Shown here in pieces: positions 54,101 through 63,646 of a stretch of DNA of 64,000 nucleotides. Each line of letters starts with the position of its first letter. Within the stretch, counting starts at the first letter, position 1. The notes under the pieces were generated by a model that saw only the letters and a list, made by a program, of their open reading frames with translations, was not told where the DNA came from and made no database searches. Made by a program: the position numbers and the translations under genes. This DNA comes from Callorhinchus milii (lineage: Eukaryota): assembly GCF_018977255.1 (NCBI RefSeq), contig NW_024704752.1, forward strand, positions 8,370,001 through 8,434,000, in the 5' to 3' direction.

Positions 54101-57100
54101 CTTAAGGTCTTTGTCTAAAGTTTTTAACATTGTCATTTACGTACTGTATTGAGAAACACAGCAGAAAGTTCTCCATCTGATGAGCTAATTAACAAAATGT
54201 TCCATTCTTCCCACTCCGGTCCTCATGGCTCCAAATTGTTTGGGGTCTAAGCCAAGTACTAGGTTTTTCCTAACAAATTTGTTCAAAATTAAAAGTTTCA
54301 TTCAGCTGGAATGGAATATTTATTCTGCGAGGCATTGCATCCAATAGACCGTACTTAACCCAATTCTTGCCAGGAATGCCAGGAATTTCTCCCGTTTTCA
54401 ATTGGGGTTTCCAATGCAATTCACAGAGGAAAGACAAAAGATTTGAAGTGTTGTTTGAAAGGCGATGTGGGAAAACTAAATTGAAACAAAGTAAATTTAG
54501 TGCCCACAGTATGCCAGGGCTTTGACGTGATACATCACCCACCGTGTGTGGGGAATGTATTTGCAACTACCCATGTGGCAAGTTTTAATTGAGGTCATAT
54601 CATTGAGGTAATGGAAGGCGACAGGTATCAGTGGAACTATATCCCAGCAGCAATCAGCATATTCAGGTGATTTGGTGGGGGATGAGGAAATTGAGGGGAT
54701 AAAGTAATCATAGCCCCTCCACATCTCCAGGAAACCCCATTTATCAGCCCATTGCCCTGGGAAGGAAATCTGACAAAGCACATCTTCATCAAACAAAGCT
54801 ATCCTGAACAGGCCCTTAAACAAAGAAAGTCTGCTTCTCCAAGGCTGATATCTCAAGTGAGTTTCCTGTTGAAATTTTAGCCACGTTCCCTCAGAATGCT
54901 GATCAATGGTGGATAATAGAAATAAAATAGACCCACAATCACACTCCAATCCCACTTGAGATCTTAAACATTCTGATTTTAAAACATTTTTTGGCATTAT
55001 ACTGAGTTGTACTTAAGTCATCTGAGTAACTCATTATTGAAAGCCGTAGAGGGTGAAGCCCACAATCAGCGTGATTTAGGAGAATGAAAGTAACTTACCG
55101 TACTGACAGCGGGAACCCTGGAAGCCCTCAGGACACTGGCACACCTGGGACAGTCCTTCAGCGCACTTCCCTCCATTGAAACAGGCACCAATAGCACATG
55201 CAGCTGGAGCAAGAAAATACACTGGCTTTGAAATGGCAGATTGTTTGTCATGGATTCAATTAAAAGCAAGGTGCACTTTTAGATAAAAAAAACACTTTCT
55301 ATTAATATTTAATCTTGCGTGCAATTTAAAGTAAAGTTACCAGTAGGAAATAGATCCCCTCTCACCGCCCCACCCCACCTCCTAGATGATGATCAATATA
55401 TGATGTGATGAATCTCAATTTCAATACAATGGGAAAGGAGTGAAGAGGAAAAGCATATCCATATGTAGTACATATTGCAAACGTTAAGACACATTTAGAG
55501 GCAATCTGGATGCCAATCTCAATTTCACTCTCACCCACTCTTCCTCCTCCCCCCACCCCTCCCCCCACCAAACACACACAGTTACTGTGGTGAAATCAAG
55601 ACCTAGTGTGTTGCTTCCCTGTCTAAGTTGTTCACTCAGGACCTTAAGATTGAAATACTGACCTCTATTAGTCTTCCCTTCATCATACAGTCTGAATGAT
55701 CTATGGTGGAGTGGTCTTGAAGGATGAATGGAAGTCTCCTGATCTTAATAAAGATTACCGTCACATAACCCCACACTGTATCTCATCATTCTTGCTCTTT
55801 GCCAAAATTAATTTCTCAGTAGCCACAATTCTAAAATAGTTCTGTTGGTACAAACAGCATGGAAATTCTTTGATACATTGGAAGGGCAATGTAACTTACG
55901 GTGCAAACACCCCGGCTCCTCATTTTGCTGGTTCCATCCTGGGCAGCACTTGTAAGTAGTCTGCAACTCCATATTGTACACTTGCCTGTAAGCAGTGTAG
56001 TAGCCAGTTCTAAGGAACAAAAGGGAAGAGGTTTTTCAATACATCACAAGACAGAATTCATTCACCAATAACAAGGACAGACCATCCATCTGTTTCCAGT
56101 AAACTACTCTCTCCTGCAATAACAGTGGATGGATTCCTGTCCTCACTCAGTGAGCTTGACGTTAAGCCAAGGAGAGATGAAGGCGACTGTAGACACAGTT
56201 GAAGAGGTGGGTCTTCAGGTGTGATCTGAAGATAGGCAAGGTGGGGGCATGGCGGAGGGGTTGAGGCAGAGTTCCAGAGATTTGAGTTCCAGAGATTTGG
56301 GGCATAATGGCTGAAAGCATAGCTGGCAATTGTGGAGCAAAAGGTTTGAGGGACGTGTAGAAGGTCTGTGCCAGCTGAGGGAGCAATAAACTGAGCAAGA
56401 ATAATACAATTTTAAAACGGATACATTCATCAGAGAAACACAGCCATTAATCCAACAAGCTTTTCCAGTACTGTACTGCCAGCATCAAGAATTGTGGTGA
56501 GTTCAATTTTTTTTAAACGTGTTCCCAGATTTGGTTTAAAAAATATGGTCACCTTGCGTGTAGGGTCACTGGAGGTTGGCAGAACCCAATGTTTAATGAG
56601 TAACTCACCTTCTTTCATATCCAACACACCAACGCTTGGCAGAGCAGCCCTGTTTCCACACTTTGACCATCCTTGTGAAGGCCTGTACGCAAGGCTGTCG
56701 ATGACCCACCATCGCAAGCTCCTGTTCTGGACACACGTTGGGCCTGCAATGAACAACACACAGGTCAGAAGTAGCAGTTTCTGAGATTACGTGAACCTCA
56801 TGATTAGTCTACACCTTGAAAAACATTCCTCAGCAACATATTCTGCTCTTACAACCATCCAAATACCTCAATTTAGATTTGAGTCTGTAACACACTCCTG
56901 TATAAAACATGCAGGACTTTTATCACTCAGTACAAAAATACAGTTGCAAACCATCTTCGTAGAAAGTGCACATCTTTGTGGAGTCCTGTAGCTTAGTGGG
57001 TAGAGCACTCACGTCACAAGCGAAAGGATCTGGGTTTGATTCCCGGGCAGAGCGAAACGTTGGGCAAGTTTCCTTACTCCACATGTCTCTGGGGTAATTC

Positions 57101-60100
57101 CTATTCAGTCTTGTGCCCAATAAGTTAGAGAAATCCACTGTAAGTGTCATTAGGCATTATAAGAAGGCCAGTACTATTGATTTCTTCCATAGCCTCCACA
57201 ATGTGATAGGTTACACTGCATGATAGATGAGTTCCTTTATATTTCTCTACTTGTGGAAGGTGACCTGGGGGAACAGAGTATTAAATCTAATCACAGCCCC
57301 ATCTGCTTTAGATTTTGTTATTCATAGATATTTAACAGGTAGCCCGATGAGATTGGACATCTCAAACAGAATGGGGTCCCAGGAGAGGGAGAGCTCTGGA
57401 GGGGGGAGGGGGAGAGGGATCATGTGGGAGCAATGGCCAGAGGGAGGTGAGTTAGCCTCCCACTCTTTACAGTTAACACTTAGGAATCTTTGTGATGGAG
57501 ATTTTTTTTCTGAGAGAGAATGAGAAACAGGTGGATCATATTAAATGTCCGATGAACACTTTGATTTATCCCAGCTGGGTCCTTGGGAGCATCATTGTAG
57601 AACCCAGATTATAGGTAGCTTCAGTTTATCTGGCACATTCCCCCTCAATTGATTGATTGATTATTAACCAGATTTTCAATTTGAGGGAAAACAGGGAGTG
57701 TTTCATTCCCACTACAATATTGCTAACCTTGGTCGCAGAATTAGCCTGTGAACATTCCTTAGATTTCAAATCCTCTGTCTGACATGCTTGTTCCTCCTTC
57801 CTTCATCCAGCTGTTGTTGAAACAAGGACTGGTTAAAACATCTCCTCCTCGACCTTATTCTTTCCCAGGACCTCAAGGCTGAGCAGAAGTAGCTGGTGTT
57901 AGTGAACACAGGTGCTGTAGCCCCCTCGGGGAATTCTCCACCTTCAGATGAGGCAGCCACATCTCATTAGTTTACAGACTGGTGCTGACAGGGCCGGTGA
58001 TGAACGTGAGGTTTTTGTTGTAATTGGCATACAGCAGAAAACACTTAATTGTTGCGTTCAACAATATTTTCACAAATGTATGAACATATGACAGATTTAC
58101 ATGACAGAATTCAAGAAAAGCCTTGCTATATCTGGAGACTTCTCTCATTTCTAAATTTCCAATCTCTCTCTCTCTCTGCCACAACATACCCTGTCGACAC
58201 TGCTACTGTCATGATTGTCTCTCCTCTGACTTTCTCTCATTGTGATCAATTTGAAATTCATCACACCTTATTCCAACTCATTCTTTCCCAGGAAACTCAA
58301 CACTGGAACTCTTTCTCTTTCTCTAACAAGCTGAAAGCCCAAGCTTGTTACCTGATTAATCTTGTTTCTCTCCTTTTCTTTAAGAAATCCTTGCATTTGA
58401 TAGTAAGCCACACTTTTGACATTAATGTCTACCACGTCAAAACATCACAAAGCACTTTCTGTTGTTCAACCTCGGTGGTCTCCTGCTCTTAAACTGCCAT
58501 CAAGCGAAAAAAAACCATTCAGTGGCTTTACACAGAACTGCATGTTACTTTTTATTTTATTATTGTACCAATGAGTCCTCAAGTCCCAGTAACTGCAGCC
58601 CCATGTTTGCTTGTGTGCAGTTTACTGCTCCAGGCAGCATGTTCCGCCTGCCGCCAGTTGCATGAGTAATGGGAGATTAATCACATTCAATTTTCCCAGC
58701 AGGAAGTGCTTTAACCATTCCCAGATGACAGCACAGATACTGTGGTGCACCTCACTGTACCAGAGAGGCAGAAGTTAAAAACATCAGAGAAACTGAAAAA
58801 AAAGACCATTTGGCCCATCAGCATTGACCATGCACAGTCACCCATCATGAATATCCCACCAATCCACTCTGACTCACTCATATTGCCTCATGTTTCACCC
58901 ACAAAATGTACAGTCACTACACTTTACAGTAAATTCTGTGAAGAGCTTTGAGATGTCTCAATGAAGTGATAAGTCGCTATACCCAATGGAAGGATTATAT
59001 TATTTATTTACACCTGAAAAGTTCTCCATGCTCATTCCATAAATCCCAAAGAAAAATTGGTTAGCATTCTACCAAAATATCATTTTATCCTCTCAATCCT
59101 TCTTGGCTACCTCCCGCTGGTTCTAGCAGGACACAAGTACTTAGAGGAACCAAGGAAAGGCCTATTTTTATCTGAGTATAAAGAGGCAAATCCATCCCAC
59201 TTTTCCAACGTGTTCCCTATGAAAAAGCACCTGCAACCCTTCCTTCTCCGAGCAAGCCAAGACTAACTGAAATCAAGATTCCTGCCAAAGAGAACGCAAG
59301 ATCAAACCCATGTCTCATCGTTCCCTGCTGCTCTATCTGCCTGGAACTTATTTATAGTTATTTTATAAAAAGTACAAACTGCACATTGTGATGTCAGCCA
59401 GAAAGAGAATATGAGAGACCATTAAACACACTTCCCTGCACTAAGAGATTCTATGGCATCCAGCATTAAATAATTTATATTGATTAATACCATGGACTAC
59501 CAGTACCCTGTCCTTCAACCCGAACTGCAGCATTAATATCTGACTAAGCAGTGTGAGCACACTCGGCGTAGCACTGGTAATACTTGCATTGTAAAAAATG
59601 GCAAGTCACTACATTTTACAGTAAATCCTGTCAAGAGCTGTGAGACGTCTTCCTGCCCTGAAAGGTGCTATATCAAATGCAAAGATTATTATTGTTATTC
59701 TACAACACTGTATCTCATCGCGCACCTTTACAGTGAACATTTGTACGAGGGGGGAATGCTTTTCTTCAAAATAGCTTTCTGAGATATTGTACGTTCACCA
59801 GAAAAGGAAAACAGAACCTCGGTTTAACTTCTCATTCAACAGATTGTATGTCCAACTTTGCAGCACAAATTACTGTTAGCACAGGACTTGCGGAAGCTTT
59901 CTGATTACACGCGTTTGTGAAGTGCTCAGTTTTGCTTAAACATATCTCCAGGAACAAGTGATGTGAAGCTGTCACTGTACTGCAGGATACTGGCTCACAT
60001 CTCTGCTTCAAACACTGGCTTTGCACCTACAGTTTAAATGGGGCATAATTCATTGATTATCTTATTCCTCGGGTATCATATTACAAAATTAGCAATATCT

Positions 60101-63100
60101 GAATAGAATGATAAAACATGCAGCATGGAAGATTATACAATGTATACCATTGTGCTCTGATCTAGACCACCGCGCAGTGCCATGATCCATTGAGGAGATT
60201 ACAATAATACATTGTATTGAAAACTATTCCCAAGACAAAACTGTCTTGCAAAGAGAGCTATATATTGTACTCATAACTAACTGCGATGCATTCAGCTGTC
60301 AGCTTTAACCAGCCATTGCTTGCTGTGAAAGATGTCTGTGTTATTGTATTGAGGGTCAATTGCAGACATCAAAAGCATCCCCAGACAGCTTTCATGTTAT
60401 TGCAGTTAAGGGAGCACAGACATACTACAGTCTTCACACAAGCCACAGTTTTGAAATCGCTTCTAATGGTGTGGTTGCTAGACCTCTGACAGAGTTTGTC
60501 CAGCCACCCTTTAAATGATATACTGGGAAGGAGAATGAAGGGCTGCTAAGATTTGGCTGGAAAGCTAACGAATTTCAAATAGTGTCCACCAATCTCAAGC
60601 TATTTTCTCAAAGAATATTGAGATCCTTGCATTGGTTCTCAAATCCCTCCATGGCCTCCTTCCATTTGGTCTAACCTTCCCCAGCTCTACAACCCAGCCT
60701 GCACTCTGCGCTCTTCTGGCTCAAGATTGACTTCTCACTCCCTCTGCTCTAGTGTCAGGGATTGAGTCTTCACATTATCAGTTGTCAGTTTGAAGAAGGT
60801 CCTTTGGTCCATTTTGTTCTTGTTATTCCAAAATATCTGCCCTGCTGTCTTTCCGTCACAGCAACAAATGTTTTTTTCTGCCCTGGTTTCAATTACCTTT
60901 CCTGGCAACCTGTTCCAGGCATTAATTATCCTCTGGATTAAAAAAAATGGTGTCTGACCTCAAATTGTCCTTTGCAACTCTAAACCTATGTCTTCTTTTT
61001 CTACTGTCTTGGTGCAGTAAAAGTATTATCCTGCTTTATTTTATTCTGGGTTTTACTTTAAACTATTATTTACCTTCATAAGGACCCCCTAAGAAAAGCT
61101 CCTTTCAAGACTGAAGAGCCTTATGTTGTTTAATTATTAAACAAAGCTCATTCCTCTAACATTAAGAACCACTAGACTGCCATCCCTACTATTTTCCGAG
61201 CAACTTTACTTTGCTACCTCTCCAGCTCTTTACAAAGATCTCTTTAAAAATCCTGTGCCTTCAATCAGCTCTAAAAGCCTCCCACGTCTTGCTCAGTGTC
61301 AGCGTTCAAGACTTTCTTTCATGTAAGTAGTACTATATCAAATGGAAGTTGAAGAGGAGCTTCATTAGCTCCAGGACAATAACCTGACACTAAGGTCCCA
61401 GCGGCACCACAGGAGTAAGTGGCTGCTAACCTCCAAGCAAAGGGCTCATAATGGTCAATGGGTCAGAGTTCATAGCAATACCACATCATTATGTGATTAC
61501 AGCCACCCTGACTCTCCAGCACTCAACACACTTGTCTTTCCTCCACATCCATGTCACAAGTGGTCCTGCCACACAACAGGAGATGGAGAAAAAAAAGCAG
61601 AAAGCCCCATCTTCTTTGCTGAAGGCAGTCTGCCCAGATTGATCCTAGAGTCTTTCTAACCTATGTGCAGATACTGAGAGTAGAACATTGCTCATTACTC
61701 CAGGATCCTGAATACGCACACATCAATAGTGGGTCATACTGATCTCTACAGACACCACACTATGGATTTTGATATTTCCAGCATTTGGTGCTGAATTTGC
61801 CACAAATAAACTATTTGAAAATCAGTAAATTACATTTATTGGTGATCAACCTACCACCCAGCTCCTGTATGTACCCCTTTTCTGTGGTAAGTCGTGAAGA
61901 TAAAATGAGAGAATCAATAGTCACATCATAACACTCCTTCCATCTCGGTGCCTTTACTTTATCCACAGAACCAAATAATTATCGATATGTTCCCTCCTTT
62001 CTCTTCCACTATATAGTTTAAAACACAAATCAGAAACTTATATATGCAAATCAGGTACTTCCACTTACATTGTATGCACTATTGGTTTCAAGTATTAATG
62101 AAGCTATCTGTCCTTTTTTCCACTTCATCAATGTCTTAATTACTCCTCTGAATATTTCCACCTCCCCTCTCTGCTCCAAAGTACTACAGGTACTCTATCC
62201 TCATCCAGTTCAGTTGAATCCAAACTTCATTCCATCATCTCCAATTTAATTAATTCTTTCCCATTCCTCCCCCTACCATCTACAGCCACCCAAACTCCAA
62301 GAATGGCCTCACCTAAACACGAATTCTCTTCCCCACATGATTCAACTTTACTCGATGCATCTTACTTTACCTAGAACTCTCTTTTGCAATTAAAAAAACA
62401 TATCGTTTCCTATTGAACCCAGCAGAATTCCTCCACGTTGTTAGCCACCTACAATCTTCTCTTCCACAGATTAACAGAAGGGTGTCCTGTGGTCCTGTGC
62501 AGCCAAACATACCAGAAAAGGGCAAAACGAAAACAGAGAGAAGGGACTTACGACTTATCATTGATCCATCAGTTGCTGACAGTGGGCTGCAGACATCTCA
62601 AAACAAAGGTAACGCTGACTGCTGTTTCATCCCATCAGTGGGTTTGGAATTAAACCCAGCGGTACCTTTGATTTGGGGATGCCTGGGGTATACTGTCAGT
62701 GACTGATGACTAAAGCAAAGGGCGAGAATATCCCCATCAGACACAGACTGCGGTAGAGTGGGCTCAATGGGGAACGAATGTTGGGTTCAAGGGGGAAAGA
62801 ATAATCCAACCTGTCAATGCCCTTAAATTCAACAGGACATCCATCCTGCGACCCACAAGACATCTAAGGCTACAAAAAAAAATTAAGACATGCAGACACT
62901 AAATATCACATCCCATTCTGTAACACAAACATGACTTCAGTTCCCAAAAGCAAAGTCCGGATAAAACCTCGTGAAAGTAAAACTATATTTTGCATCGGCG
63001 ACTTTCATTGAAACCGCAAAACTATAAACCTGAATGTCATCAAAATAGATCTCAAATTGCACTTACATGTCAGGTTGAAGGTCCATCCACACAGCCTGTC

Positions 63101-63146
63101 TGGTCGCAAATAAGTAAAGGCAGAAAAGTACAAACTCCAAATTCAT
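677..63146 (-). CDS. MEGF6: MEGF6, exons 1-15, 3'-partial (continues beyond base 1): complement(join(63067..63146,56609..56743,55900..56009,55099..55203,10467..10589,8214..8336,6021..6146,5261..5383,4619..4741,3576..3713,3105..3227,2131..2253,1860..2023,1371..1502,677..805)); apparent 1-bp frameshift in exon 13
   Basis: All introns are GT-AG with compatible phases except exon 13. Domain order is signal peptide, EMI, EGF, cbEGF/EGF array, acidic linker, EGF repeats. Recognised MEGF6 peptides include [42 protein letters not shown] and [17 protein letters not shown]. An intronic mir-551 is present, as at human MEGF6. Confidence 0.93.
1371..1502 (-). CDS. MEGF6: MEGF6 exon 14 (132 bp) [44 protein letters not shown]
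   Basis: ttcacag| acceptor, |GTCAGT donor, phase 1-1, open frame with all cysteines intact. Confidence 0.93.
1860..2023 (-). CDS. MEGF6: MEGF6 exon 13 (164 bp as given), acidic linker [41 protein letters not shown] / [13 protein letters not shown], with an internal frameshift
   Basis: tttctctttcctcag| acceptor, |GTACGT donor. The entry frame hits TGA at 1892-1890, while the shifted frame reads [13 protein letters not shown] into a phase-1 donor. Confidence 0.88.
2131..2253 (-). CDS. MEGF6: MEGF6 exon 12 (123 bp), cb[44 protein letters not shown]
   Basis: aaatag| acceptor, |GTGAGT donor, phase 1-1. Confidence 0.94.
3105..3227 (-). CDS. MEGF6: MEGF6 exon 11 (123 bp), eight-Cys cbEGF-like [41 protein letters not shown]
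   Basis: cttgcag| acceptor, |GTATAG donor, phase 1-1. The CC...NNPGGYEC...DGCxC pattern is as in MEGF6 orthologues. Confidence 0.94.
3576..3713 (-). CDS. MEGF6: MEGF6 exon 10 (138 bp), [49 protein letters not shown]
   Basis: caacag| acceptor, |GTACCC donor, phase 1-1. [10 protein letters not shown] is characteristic of MEGF6. Confidence 0.95.
3812..3972 (+). mobile_element. SINE 3' fragment (similar tail-only fragments at ~2884, 6235, 10800, 25105, 49880, 51535, 53328, 58885, 59600)
   Basis: gtttgtgggacactgctgtgcgcaattggctgcc...gcgctatatcaaatg.aaggattatt. Confidence 0.8.
4619..4741 (-). CDS. MEGF6: MEGF6 exon 9 (123 bp), cb[44 protein letters not shown]
   Basis: cctacag| acceptor, |GTAAGT donor, phase 1-1. 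Confidence 0.95.
5261..5383 (-). CDS. MEGF6: MEGF6 exon 8 (123 bp), [44 protein letters not shown]
   Basis: ttgccag| acceptor, |GTACGA donor, phase 1-1. Confidence 0.94.
6021..6146 (-). CDS. MEGF6: MEGF6 exon 7 (126 bp), [45 protein letters not shown]
   Basis: ccatcag| acceptor, |GTAAGG donor, phase 1-1. Confidence 0.95.
6408..6741 (+). mobile_element. Full-length young tRNA(Ala)-derived SINE, short subfamily, with L2-like 3' tail and (TTA)n; possible TSD TAACAC
   Basis: A box TAGCTCAGTGG at 6419-6429, B box GAGTTCAATTCC at 6461-6472. Near-identical copies at 12851 and 25315. TAACAC flanks both ends (6402-6407 and 6741-6746). Confidence 0.9.
8214..8336 (-). CDS. MEGF6: MEGF6 exon 6 (123 bp), cb[44 protein letters not shown]
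   Basis: taatag| acceptor, |GTAAGT donor, phase 1-1, cbEGF consensus. Confidence 0.95.
9967..10300 (-). mobile_element. Older, diverged L2 LINE 3' end
   Basis: (CAA)n tail on the + strand, then gaaggcacagtcaaagaggaaggtcttgagac...gaaggctcgacc, similar to the L2 ORF2 end (GRAFS, FK). Confidence 0.75.
10467..10589 (-). CDS. MEGF6: MEGF6 exon 5 (123 bp), calcium-binding [44 protein letters not shown]
   Basis: atacag| acceptor, |GTAAGA donor, phase 1-1, D-x-N-E-C and C-x-N-x4-Y-x-C consensus. Confidence 0.92.
11006..11133 (-). mobile_element. Short 3'-terminal fragment of the same L2 LINE
   Basis: Matches 22396-22522 (aacaacaagattccatttat...gggtcaggacccgagca). Confidence 0.85.
12851..13184 (+). 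mobile_element. tRNA-derived SINE, short subfamily
   Basis: High identity to 6408-6741. Confidence 0.9.
16400..16625 (+). mobile_element. LF-SINE-like relic (head and middle)
   Basis: cccttcacctctgggatctagatttaaatctagcctagactg resembles the head of the 46370-46810 element. Confidence 0.45.
18066..18285. repeat. Compound microsatellite (TG)n(AG)n with a degenerate AG/AC-rich extension
   Basis: Directly visible. Confidence 0.9.
20643..20975 (+). mobile_element. tRNA-derived SINE, long subfamily, diverged with deletions
   Basis: A/B-box remnants, internal segment and tail are recognisable. Confidence 0.78.
22396..23865 (-). mobile_element. L2-clade (CR1/L2 group) LINE, 5'-truncated: RT domain, ORF2 C-terminus and 3' UTR; non-functional
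   Basis: Translates to [62 protein letters not shown]. Has an in-frame TGA near 23112, a 1-bp deletion relative to the 33716 copy near 22940, and a (TGT)n tail. Confidence 0.92.
25315..25646 (+). mobile_element. tRNA-derived SINE, short subfamily
   Basis: High identity to 6408-6741. Perfect anticodon-like stem CTCGC-TTTGCAA-GCGAG and a long (TTA)n tail. Confidence 0.9.
25765..25838 (-). ncRNA. MIR551: microRNA mir-551 precursor (5p arm 25810-25831 GAAAUCAAGGGUGGGUGAGGCC; 3p mature 25772-25792 GCGACCCAUACUUGGUUUCCU)
   Basis: The arms base-pair (GAAAUCAAG/CUUGGUUUC, UGGGU/ACCCA, GCCU/AGGC). The 3p arm matches the miR-551 family mature sequence as I recall it. It lies in sense orientation in MEGF6 intron 4, the known host intron of MIR551A. 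Confidence 0.93.
27786..28180 (-). mobile_element. CR1 LINE 3' fragment (further CR1-like pieces at ~7866-7910, 45230-45400, 60790-61170)
   Basis: CR1-type 3' signature (gacacag.agga..cc.ttcagcc; accctggcaaattgctccacatcctgacagccctctgggagaagaagttcttc). Confidence 0.6.
30620..31240 (-). mobile_element. Older Deu-domain SINE (SacSINE1/AmnSINE-like), interrupted by a younger SINE; related copies at ~12040-12360(-), 23890-24120(+), 29810-30185(-), 34590-34960(+), 40263-40650(-), 47590-47875(-)
   Basis: Motif chain gataaatattgg..ggacac..aactccctgctc..ggatcttt..tttaa..tctcatctgaa..ctccctcagcactgca.tggaatgtcagcct recurs at these loci. The family name comes from recalled consensus and was not searched. 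Confidence 0.65.
30783..30976 (+). mobile_element. 5'-truncated young SINE nested within an older Deu-domain SINE
   Basis: Matches 6517-6720 and is flanked by the two halves of a minus-strand Deu-SINE. Confidence 0.82.
31551..31862 (-). mobile_element. tRNA-derived SINE, long subfamily, 5'-truncated
   Basis: Reverse complement of the family body and tail. Confidence 0.8.
32975..33195 (-). mobile_element. 5'-truncated SINE, long subfamily
   Basis: Reverse complement of tail and body. Confidence 0.78.
33716..34472 (-). mobile_element. Second copy of the same L2 LINE family, 3' ~750 bp
   Basis: Nearly identical to 22396-23155, including the duplicated purine-rich 3' UTR unit and the (TGT)n tail. 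Confidence 0.9.
35808..36184 (+). mobile_element. tRNA-derived SINE, long subfamily
   Basis: Same head and tail plus an internal ctctgtttacctagcag...gttagtcgattg...ggatcgcttt segment. Confidence 0.85.
37967..38340 (+). mobile_element. tRNA-derived SINE, long subfamily, abutting an older Deu-SINE fragment (~37740-37965, minus strand)
   Basis: Similar to the 35808 copy throughout. Confidence 0.85.
43508..43614. repeat. Inverted repeat, ~42-bp arms with a 22-nt spacer
   Basis: ggtaatcagtagctcaaattaattttttgcttatcagggtac versus the reverse complement of gtaccctgataagcagaacattaatttgagccactgatttacc: 3 mismatches and 1 indel. Confidence 0.88.
43858..44068 (+). mobile_element. 5'-truncated SINE (body and tail)
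   Basis: Matches 6517-6741. Confidence 0.85.
44263..44552 (-). mobile_element. tRNA-derived SINE, short subfamily, with its head duplicated in tandem
   Basis: Reverse complement of the family; see the tandem repeat at 44495-44702. Confidence 0.82.
44495..44702. repeat. Tandem duplication, 2 x 104 bp
   Basis: Units start at 44495 (cccaagtctctcgttt) and 44599 (cccaggtctctcgttt) and differ by only a few substitutions. Confidence 0.9.
45995..46130 (+). mobile_element. Another old interspersed repeat family (SINE-like); related fragments at ~13480-13690(-), 15430-15545(-), 21690-21830(+), 41250-41400(+)
   Basis: Shared motif gtctgtgctgagtt.gctga.ctc.gcc...ccctgggctagggag...atcagc.agg at several loci. 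Confidence 0.5.
46370..46810 (-). mobile_element. LF-SINE-like ancient SINE relic
   Basis: The minus strand reads cttttcacctctgg...tttgaatccagcccag (head), caatttggcaccaaattagcaac (middle) and ggagctttgctgc...catgctgtacctg (3' part), colinear with the recalled LF-SINE consensus. Confidence 0.6.
48436..48765 (-). mobile_element. tRNA-derived SINE, long subfamily
   Basis: Reverse complement of the family from tail to anticodon arm. Confidence 0.82.
49991..50031. repeat. (TA)n/(CA)n microsatellite
   Basis: Directly visible. Confidence 0.85.
55099..55203 (-). CDS. MEGF6: MEGF6 exon 4 (105 bp), EGF-like [35 protein letters not shown]
   Basis: ctccag| acceptor, |GTAAGT donor, phase 1-1, six-Cys EGF module. 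Confidence 0.95.
55900..56009 (-). CDS. MEGF6: MEGF6 exon 3 (110 bp), EMI domain C-half [36 protein letters not shown]
   Basis: ccttag| acceptor, |GTAAGT donor, phase 2-1, EMI signature KCCPGW. Confidence 0.95.
56160..56410 (-). mobile_element. Degenerate L2 ORF2 C-terminal fragment
   Basis: Residual peptide [24 protein letters not shown], typical of L2 ORF2 ends. Confidence 0.6.
56609..56743 (-). CDS. MEGF6: MEGF6 exon 2 (135 bp), EMI domain N-half [45 protein letters not shown]
   Basis: tgcag| acceptor, |GTGAGT donor, phase 2-2, EMI cysteine pattern. Confidence 0.95.
56978..57085 (+). mobile_element. SINE head only (tRNA-like part)
   Basis: gtggagtcctgtagcttagtgg...gggcaagtttccttactccaca. 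Confidence 0.78.
63067..63146 (-). CDS. MEGF6: MEGF6 first coding exon, signal peptide [26 protein letters not shown](M)
   Basis: ATG at 63146-63144 with G at -3 and a hydrophobic core. Ends AT|GTAAGT (phase 2) and joins G-CCC-AAC of exon 2 to give LQPDMPNVC. Confidence 0.9.
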
Positions 63147-63615
63147 GTCTCGGTCTCTTAAAACAATTCTACAGCGAGAAAGAAATGTGGGACTTATTTC
63201 GCTGTGCAAACTGTTCGCGATGAATCTGCTTGTGCTGTGTTGTACTCTGCCGCCCCTTCTTGCTGAGTGTTTAAGCTGAGATCAATTAGTGTAGTCCTTA
63301 GCTTGAGATCCAATTGAGTTGGATTCCTGGGCACTTGTTTGCAAAGTTCTCAAAGCAAGGAATCATCTCTTTCCAGAGTTTGTCCTCGGCGTTGATTTGT
63401 CTTTGCAGCCTCTGTCTTGGATTTCTTTCCCTGACTTCCCTTTGCTGTGCTTCTCTGTTTCTTTGCAATGTCAGTTTCTGTTCGGTTGCAGCGCTACATT
63501 GGAAGAGCACTGATCGATCAATCTGCTCTTTGAATCCTCAACCACCAAACTGCACTTCCGCAACGAACCCCTTCCCCTCCCTCCCCAACATGTGACTCTC
63601 CGGAGTCATGGTAAC

Positions 63616-63646
63616 TACATACATACATACATACATGCATACATAC
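63616..63646. repeat. (TACA)n microsatellite upstream of the MEGF6 start codon
   Basis: Directly visible. Confidence 0.85.

Noticed and set aside
677-63146. Alternative identities (fibulin, SCUBE, fibrillin/LTBP, MEGF10/11) or a full pseudogene
   Set aside because: EMI + cbEGF array + [10 protein letters not shown] + intronic mir-551 fits MEGF6. Only one lesion in 15 exons argues against long-term pseudogene decay.
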